From an uncultured Lachnospiraceae bacterium (GTDB lineage Bacteria; Bacillota; Clostridia; Lachnospirales; Lachnospiraceae): DNA of 64,000 nt. Positions 57,827 through 64,000 of this stretch are shown here, piece by piece. The translations under genes were made by a program, and so were the position numbers. The notes under the pieces were generated by a model. That model was not told the origin of the DNA, did no database searches, and saw only the letters and a list, made by a program, of their open reading frames with translations. Each line of letters starts with the position of its first letter. The stretch's first letter is position 1. The DNA lies in assembly GCA_963559605.1 (NCBI GenBank), contig CAUWLL010000007.1, positions 19,966-83,965 on the forward strand, read 5' to 3'.

Positions 57827-58165
57827 TCAAAGGATCTTCACTACCAGTCCAACGATTCCCCCGTCCCGTCTCACCTCCAGTACCTGACACTCTTTTTCTT
57901 CAACACTTTCGCACATTTCCTGTATCTGTTCTTTTACAAGCCTCCACACTTCTGCTTCTCCCGACCAATCATCTGCCTCTGTTTTCTCGCCTAAAACTAC
58001 AGAAAGGTGCCGATTGATACTCAGCACCTCCATTAAATATTCCATATATCCTGACGGAAAGAGGGCATGGGATGAAAGATAAAGTTCCGGCGCACCGGCT
58101 TTCATTCCGGCAATCTGCTCGACAATTTCCGGTGCAAGAACCGTAAACTTACGTCTCTTTTTCAT
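57827..58165 (-). CDS. Hypothetical protein, last gene of the ABC operon
   Basis: 112 aa, 1 nt after the permease stop, GGAG RBS. Confidence 0.7.
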   Translation of the reverse strand: MKKRRKFTVLAPEIVEQIAGMKAGAPELYLSSHALFPSGYMEYLMEVLSINRHLSVVLGEKTEADDWSGEAEVWRLVKEQIQEMCESVEEKECQVLEVRRDGGIVGLVVKIL

Positions 58166-58166
58166 T

Positions 58167-60278
58167 TTAATGAACTCCTAATGCTTTCCCTACTGTCATT
58201 ACTGATTTTCGATACAACACATACTGGTAAATGGCTGCTGCCACAGAAGTTGCCAATCCGATGAGCATAATCTTTACTTCATAATCTAAAAACGCTCCGT
58301 CATTTCCCCAAAGAATCATAAATTGATAAACCATCGTTATGGCAATGCCGATGACTGTCGGTAGTACGTACACTTTGGAAATCTGTTTTCTAAGCAGCCA
58401 CTTTCGATAAGCCTTATCTGCCCCCAGCTTCTTAATATCTTCAAAGATCTGCGCGTTACTGCTTCCTACGTCCTGACTTCTGGTGTAACCGATGATTCCC
58501 ACCGATACAAAGCAAATGACCGCAACGTAGATAAACATCATAAATTTTACTGCATTTCCAAGAATGGTCTGTTGGTCAAGAAGAGGGGTAAAAATCGGTC
58601 TATACTTCCAGTCCGTACCTTTCGCAGGAGTCTCGGGATCCACAATGGCACCGGTTAAATCTTCAGGATTAGAATCTTTGGACCACGTCTCTGCCTGAGG
58701 ATTATAATAGTCCATCACGTCCATTCCCTCCGACATTCCAAGCGCAAATTCCTTATAAAGTTCTGTGGCAAATCCAATCTCTTTGTCACTCTCTTTTGTA
58801 TTAAATAACACCTGTGTCCCGGTCTTTTCTTTTGGAAGTCCCTGACGAAGTTTCTCGTAGTCGTTATCATTTAATACAAATCTCGCGTCTGAACCGACTC
58901 CATTATTTGGCGTCAGAATCAAGGATGTATACTCTGTATTTCCCGCGTAAGAAAGCTCTGTCTTCTCACCGGACGCATCATAAAGAGCACTCATATCATC
59001 AAAGGAAAACCATGTGGTTTCCACCGCATTTTTCGGCTGAATCAAATAATATTTCCCCTGTGGGACATCTAACTTGATTTTCGTCAGCTTCTCATAATTT
59101 GTCGCACTGATACAGTCATATTCAGAATACGTCTCATATATATCTTCCGTAATATTGCCATCGTCATCGGAATTTCGCTCCACTCCATTCCCAACGATGC
59201 AGGCATACTCTGTCTCTCGGTAGTTTTCTATTTCTACACCGTGCTTTTCTGCCATTTCGAAAATTTCCTCTTCCGTAGGTTCTTTCGCATCATTTAGATA
59301 CCGATAAGAAAAGTCGTCCTGATATGCCGCCTCGGTAGCTGTCTGACTTCCCGTCATGGTCGGTACATAGGAAATCGAATACAGACCGCCCACAATCAGA
59401 AGGGTAATCACCAGCATATTTTTTACAATGGAACTTCCTTGAAATTTCAGCATTCCGTAGTTTAATAAATTATTATAATATTTCTGCGGATTACGCCCTC
59501 TCTGGTGGCAGGAAATGGAGTAAACCAGAAGCTGATAGACGCCGATCACTGTCAGAATATAGAATAGATTCGTCCATCCGCCGAGAACTTTTCCCATTAG
59601 TTCTGCCACAATAATTTTCAGAAAATAGCCAAGAAAGATTCCTGATACGGTCAACGCAAGCCCCGACACCAGATAACGCTTTGTAACAGATCTGCGCATG
59701 GGCTCCTGCTTTCTCTGCTCGTTGATGACGTCCATAATGTTCGTCCGTTTCATTGCCTGTCTGGTAAGAACCATGGCAAGGATAAGAAGAAGCACACCAT
59801 AAATCACTGCTCCCACAATACTCATTACAGAAAATCCAAAGGGGACATCATTTACCTCTCTTGTAACAAATTCCATAACTTTTCCTACAACCACTGCTAC
59901 GACGCCACCGCACAAAATTCCTTCCAGAGCGTAAGTACCAATCATACTGGATATTTCTGCAAAAAGCGCGCCGGACAACATTCCTTTTTCTGCGCCAAGA
60001 GCCATGAAAATGCCGATCTCACGACTTTTGTATCGAAGGAAACGTCTGGTTGCGTACCACACAAACATGGTACAGCCAATGACTACGATTCCCAAGTTCA
60101 AATACGCCATTTTTCCTGTATCTCCGCCCTCTGGCATGGCACTTTTCACCAGAGGACTATAAAGCATCATCAAGTAAGAAGATACCAGCATCATGGCAAA
60201 TACAATACAGAACTGAAACTGTCTGTAGTCTTTTTTATTTCGTTTTCTAAGTCTTCTCCAAAGTACACGAAGTGTCAT
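58167..60278 (-). CDS. FtsX/BceB-like ABC permease with a large extracellular domain
   Basis: REIGIFMALGA and LKKLG-type motifs, about 10 TM, long extracellular loop. Confidence 0.88.
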   Translation of the reverse strand: MTLRVLWRRLRKRNKKDYRQFQFCIVFAMMLVSSYLMMLYSPLVKSAMPEGGDTGKMAYLNLGIVVIGCTMFVWYATRRFLRYKSREIGIFMALGAEKGMLSGALFAEISSMIGTYALEGILCGGVVAVVVGKVMEFVTREVNDVPFGFSVMSIVGAVIYGVLLLILAMVLTRQAMKRTNIMDVINEQRKQEPMRRSVTKRYLVSGLALTVSGIFLGYFLKIIVAELMGKVLGGWTNLFYILTVIGVYQLLVYSISCHQRGRNPQKYYNNLLNYGMLKFQGSSIVKNMLVITLLIVGGLYSISYVPTMTGSQTATEAAYQDDFSYRYLNDAKEPTEEEIFEMAEKHGVEIENYRETEYACIVGNGVERNSDDDGNITEDIYETYSEYDCISATNYEKLTKIKLDVPQGKYYLIQPKNAVETTWFSFDDMSALYDASGEKTELSYAGNTEYTSLILTPNNGVGSDARFVLNDNDYEKLRQGLPKEKTGTQVLFNTKESDKEIGFATELYKEFALGMSEGMDVMDYYNPQAETWSKDSNPEDLTGAIVDPETPAKGTDWKYRPIFTPLLDQQTILGNAVKFMMFIYVAVICFVSVGIIGYTRSQDVGSSNAQIFEDIKKLGADKAYRKWLLRKQISKVYVLPTVIGIAITMVYQFMILWGNDGAFLDYEVKIMLIGLATSVAAAIYQYVLYRKSVMTVGKALGVH

Positions 60279-60280
60279 TT

Positions 60281-61024
60281 TTACTCACCACCATTCAAAT
60301 CTCTTAATACGTCCAATAATTCTTCCAAAAATGCTTTGCGGTCGCCTTTATTCACAAGTTCTGTATAAACCGTTCCGTCTTTCATCACGATCACCCGGTC
60401 ACAATAGCTTGCGGAAAAGCTGTCGTGAGTCACCATAAATGTCGTGGCGTTTAATTTCTTTTGCGCCTCTAAAAATGCACCGATCACCGCCTCACTGGAA
60501 CGACTGTCTAAGTTGCCGGTGGGCTCGTCTGCCAAAATCAGAAACGGATCGTTCATAAGCGCTCTTGCCACTGCGGTTCTCTGCTTTTGTCCACCGGATA
60601 TTTCTGCCGGAAATTTATTTGCAATCTCTGCAATGCCGAACATTTTAAGAAGACCTTTCGCCTTTTTCTCCATCACTTTGTAGGGCTCCTTTTTAATCAC
60701 TTTCGGAACACAGACATTTTCCAGAATGCTCAGTCCATCCAACAACATAAAATCTTGAAATACAAAACCCAATTTTTCATTTCTTACTTTTGCGATCTGC
60801 TTTTCATCCAACTTAGATAAATTTACATTTTTCAACGTAATCTCACCTTTATCATAAGGAATAAAGCAGGAAATACAGTTAAGAAGCGTGGTTTTGCCGG
60901 AGCCGGACGGTCCCATTACTGCCACAAACTCGCCCTCTCTTACTTCAAAGCACACATCTTTCAGCACTTCATATTTTGTTTTCCCTGTCTGATAACTTTT
61001 GTATAAATGCTCTACTTTTAACAT
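60281..61024 (-). CDS. ABC ATP-binding protein (BceA/LolD type)
   Basis: GPSGSGKT, ISGGQKQR, ADEPTGNLD, VTHD; start moved to 61024. Confidence 0.93.
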   Translation of the reverse strand: MLKVEHLYKSYQTGKTKYEVLKDVCFEVREGEFVAVMGPSGSGKTTLLNCISCFIPYDKGEITLKNVNLSKLDEKQIAKVRNEKLGFVFQDFMLLDGLSILENVCVPKVIKKEPYKVMEKKAKGLLKMFGIAEIANKFPAEISGGQKQRTAVARALMNDPFLILADEPTGNLDSRSSEAVIGAFLEAQKKLNATTFMVTHDSFSASYCDRVIVMKDGTVYTELVNKGDRKAFLEELLDVLRDLNGGE

Positions 61025-61100
61025 TTCACTCTCTCCTTTTTTCTTGCTTTCATTGATTCTTATTGTACGGAAAAACATTCACTTTTCCCATTCCTGCAAA

Positions 61101-61149
61101 TGTCAAGTTTGGCATGAATATTGTAAAGTTTTACAAATAGTGGTAAAAT
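61101..61149. promoter_or_regulatory. LytTR-type direct repeats with 21-bp period, overlapping the divergent promoters
   Basis: TGTCAAGTTT (61101-61110) and TGTAAAGTTT (61122-61131); plus-strand TTGTAA-N17-TAAAAT at 61121-61149. Confidence 0.7.
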
Positions 61150-61189
61150 CGGATTGGAAAATTTCATTTTCAGAAAGGTTATAGACATC

Positions 61190-61891
61190 ATGGTTGAACT
61201 TGTATTATGTGATGATGAAAAAATATACAGAAATGATTTGAAAAAGATTCTCGGCACAGAACTGGAACTGTCGGGAATTGATTATCGTGTGACAGAATTT
61301 TCCTGCGGCGAGGACTTGCTCTCGGGACTGTCCGCCGAGGGCTTACAGATTATTTTTTTAGATATTGAAATGAAGGATTTGGACGGTGTTGAGACTGCGA
61401 AAAAGCTTCGCATGAAAAATAGCTCTGCTGTCATTATCTTTGTCACTTCTCATCCTGATTTTGTGTTCCAAGGGTACGAAGTGCGGGCGCTTAATTATAT
61501 TTTGAAGCCTTACAAACCGGATAAAATTAAGGAAGTGCTTCACAAAGCATTAGAAGCTCTTGATGTTTCCACTGAAAAATATTTATGTCTCGAACAGCGC
61601 TCCGGCGCTATCCGTATTCCTTTAAGTTCCATCCGCTACTTTACCAGCGACAAACGTATCGTACGGGTGGTGACAGATAACGGAACTTATGATTTTTATG
61701 ACAAATTAAATGATTTGGAAACGAAGCTTTCCGACGCATTTGTGCGCATTCACAATCGTTATCTCATCCATTTAAAGTATTTGAATGAGATTCAAGGAAA
61801 TCAGGCAATCGTGGACGGCGAATCCCTTCCCGTCAGCCGTTCCTGCAAATCTGCGCTATCTATTGCATTTGCAAAATTCATGCTCCAATAA
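61190..61891 (+). CDS. LytTR-family response regulator
   Basis: LCDDE, FLDIEM, KP, LytTR FVRIHNRYLI; start moved to 61190. Confidence 0.93.
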   Translation: MVELVLCDDEKIYRNDLKKILGTELELSGIDYRVTEFSCGEDLLSGLSAEGLQIIFLDIEMKDLDGVETAKKLRMKNSSAVIIFVTSHPDFVFQGYEVRALNYILKPYKPDKIKEVLHKALEALDVSTEKYLCLEQRSGAIRIPLSSIRYFTSDKRIVRVVTDNGTYDFYDKLNDLETKLSDAFVRIHNRYLIHLKYLNEIQGNQAIVDGESLPVSRSCKSALSIAFAKFMLQ

Positions 61892-61957
61892 CGTGAGGTT
61901 TCCTGATTTCCGATATAGCGAAATTCATTTACACGAAAGAAATGTGAGGTTTTCATT

Positions 61958-63255
61958 ATGATGACTTGGACTGTGCCATACTTGGCAGAAACAATTATAC
62001 TCTGGATGATCAGCATCCTTTTCGGCTATCTGATTTTCTCTGTGGTGCGAAGTTTTCTAACACCGAGGTGGAACATCCGGTTTGCACCGCTTTTTCGGTA
62101 TTACTGTTGTTTAGCTCCGCAAATATTGTAGTTTATCCGGAAGAACTGACAGGCACTGTCGGCTTCTTCTTTTGCTTTATATTGATTATTTTTCTCTTAT
62201 TCAAAAATGAATGGTACTTGAAATTATCCGCAGCGGTTTTGATCTTTCCTGTGGTTGTTTCTATTAACTATATTACGCAGGATATTGGTCATCTCATTTG
62301 GGTCTATGCCTTTGATCGTACGTCTTCTTCCATCGTACAGACAATTTTGCATACGACAACATTAGCCCTTCGCCTCCCTATCTGGTATCTTCTGTACCGG
62401 TTAGTGAAACACTGGATTTCTTATACGGTAAAACTTTTACTTCCCCGCATGTGGAGCGTGCTTGATCTGGTGGCTCTTACTTCCTTTACCGGAATTATAA
62501 CTGTCATCAAAAACACAGAAACTGCACATTCTTACACCGCATATCCGGCTTGTGTCGCCTGTGTTTTCACAACCCTTGGCTGCTGCTACTTATGCACTTA
62601 TATGGCGAAGACGGTGCGCTCCGATATGGCGCTTGAAACGTTCCAATACCAGCAGTCTTACTACCAAGAACTGGAACAAAACCAGCAGACGGTGCGAAGA
62701 CTTCGGCACGATATGAAAAATCATCTGAATATCATCGGCACATTTTTAAGAGACAACGAGATTGAACAGGCAAAAGAATATTTTCAAGAATTAAATCAAG
62801 AATTTGCTTCCAATCTTAAAGTTTATTGTCCTAATAAAATTGTAAATGCCGTTTTAAACAGCAAAGAACAACTTGCCTTGGCCTCTAAGATCCAGTGTGA
62901 TTTTCAGATCGATTTAGAAACGTCTCCGAAAATCGATGACATTGACCTTTGTTCCATCCTTGGAAACACCATTGACAACGCCATTGAAGCTCTCAGAAAA
63001 GTGCCCGAATTATCCGAGCGGACACTGTCTCTGAAAGCCAGATATACAAACCATTTCTTCAGCTATGAAATAAAAAACACGAAAATCAACGAAATCCAGA
63101 AAAAAGGCGGGCGCTTCCTCACCGACAAAATAGAAAAAGAAGCCCACGGAATTGGGCTTCGAAGCGTGCAAACTATCGTAGAAAAATACAACGGTGATAT
63201 GGACATCTCTTATACCGATGATACCTTTACGGTGACGATTTTGATACAAGGCTAA
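61958..63255 (+). pseudogene. AgrC-like GHKL sensor kinase split by a -1 frameshift near 62072
   Basis: RBS GAGGT + ATG 61958 opens MMTWTVPYLAETIILWMISILFGYLIFSVVRSFLTPRW, which stops at 62129-62131; the rest (HPVCTAF...RHDMKNH...NAIEA...HGIGL) is in the -1 frame. Confidence 0.8.
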
Positions 63256-63263
63256 TTTGCTTC

Positions 63264-63593
63264 TTACAGCAATCTCTTGCGCCACTGGAACTGCTCCATG
63301 TCCACCTTTCCAGCCACAAGTTTTACCCCTTCTTTTTTCAACAATGTTGCTTGAATATTGCAGCCACTTCCGTCCTTGCAGGAAAATAATTTTCCTTCCT
63401 TCGTTACTACCCGATGCCAAGGCACATCACTTCCGGACGGGAGTGCATGAAGGGCATAGCCCACTACTCGCACCCACCTGCGATTTCCGGCAAGCTCTGC
63501 AACCTGTCCGTAAGATGCCACCTTTCCTTCTGGAATTTCACGAATCACATCATATATTTTCTCGTATGCATTTTTCTCTTTCATAGTAGTCAT
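63264..63593 (-). CDS. Alkyltransferase-like protein (Atl/YbaZ type, MGMT family)
   Basis: IPEGKVASYGQVA, VGYAL, and PWHRV (Trp replaces the catalytic Cys); start moved to 63593. Confidence 0.88.
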   Translation of the reverse strand: MTTMKEKNAYEKIYDVIREIPEGKVASYGQVAELAGNRRWVRVVGYALHALPSGSDVPWHRVVTKEGKLFSCKDGSGCNIQATLLKKEGVKLVAGKVDMEQFQWRKRLL

Positions 63594-63603
63594 AGTTCTC
63601 CCG

Positions 63604-63828
63604 TTACTCTGCAAACATTTTTCTGGCATTCGTGACCTCTTCTTTCGTACAATTGTACTTCTTTGCCAGCTCCTCATCTGTAATATTCACGCATTGTACT
63701 AATTCCTTACAGATTTTTACCGCAAGCTGAAAACCTTCACTTCTGCCAAATTTCTCTCCCTCTATTCTCCCAATTTTTTCTCCTTCTATTCTATAATCTT
63801 CACATAACGCATCTAATGATCCACACAT
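63604..63828 (-). CDS. Putative internally initiated small C-terminal Rpn-like protein (74 aa)
   Basis: AAGGAGGT (63843-63836) 7 nt before ATG 63828; MCGSLDAL...EGEKIGRIEGEKFGRSEG. Confidence 0.6.
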   Translation of the reverse strand: MCGSLDALCEDYRIEGEKIGRIEGEKFGRSEGFQLAVKICKELVQCVNITDEELAKKYNCTKEEVTNARKMFAE

Positions 63829-64000
63829 ATCTACAACCTCCTTATTTTCCTTTTCTAATATTTTCTCCATCTTTTTATTTAGATTCATCAGCTCACGGAT
63901 GGCAAGAAAATCATCCCAGCTGAGACACCCAAATATTCTCTATGTTCATTTACATAACTTTGTATTTCTTTTTTATATTTACTTCCCTTATATTTTATCA
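63604..64000 (-). pseudogene. 3' part of an Rpn-like PD-(D/E)XK family gene with a -1 frameshift; runs off the window
   Basis: Frame 1 reads IKY...EIQSYVNEHREY and frame 2 reads FGCLSWDDFLAIRELMN...DMCGSL; they join if one T is added at 63931-63933. Confidence 0.65.

Noticed and set aside
61966-62071. Supplied kinase N-terminus MDCAILG...
   Set aside because: TTG start with no RBS and a non-membrane sequence; better explained as the out-of-frame shadow of the true start at 61958
63264-63593. Inactivated O6-methylguanine methyltransferase
   Set aside because: PWHRV is the normal signature of the established alkyltransferase-like family, not decay

Overview
This looks like chromosomal DNA from a spore-forming, probably motile Lachnospiraceae-like Clostridium (about 45% GC by spot counts). 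Most genes lie on the minus strand. Housekeeping loci: pyrF-pyrC, cdaR-ftsE-ftsX-M23-S41, addAB, hflX, ung-hisF-hisH, eno-secG-rnr-smpB, glmM and a split purH. Accessory and regulatory modules: PadR-DUF1700-DUF4097, two transporter/two-component modules, tandem P1B metal ATPases around an ArsR, an ECF sigma/anti-sigma pair, a PilZ-EAL-GGDEF-MCP c-di-GMP cluster, XRE-DUF3169, dsdA-DUF3841, a low-GC single-gene cassette, and the 3' part of an Rpn-like gene at the right edge. I saw no rRNA, tRNA, CRISPR array or intact transposase. The best leads are: (1) the Rpn-like gene is frameshifted upstream of a perfect internal RBS+ATG, so a putative small antitoxin stays intact; (2) a DapF-fold enzyme has both catalytic cysteines replaced by serine; (3) a dispersed GGACGTAG/GGTACACCC palindromic repeat family brackets a FAD oxidoreductase; (4) a LytTR-partner kinase has a -1 frameshift not resolved in the ORF track; (5) the second P1B ATPase has CPS and Asp-to-Glu changes in its metal site. 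Family assignments come from motif recognition only; no database searches were run.
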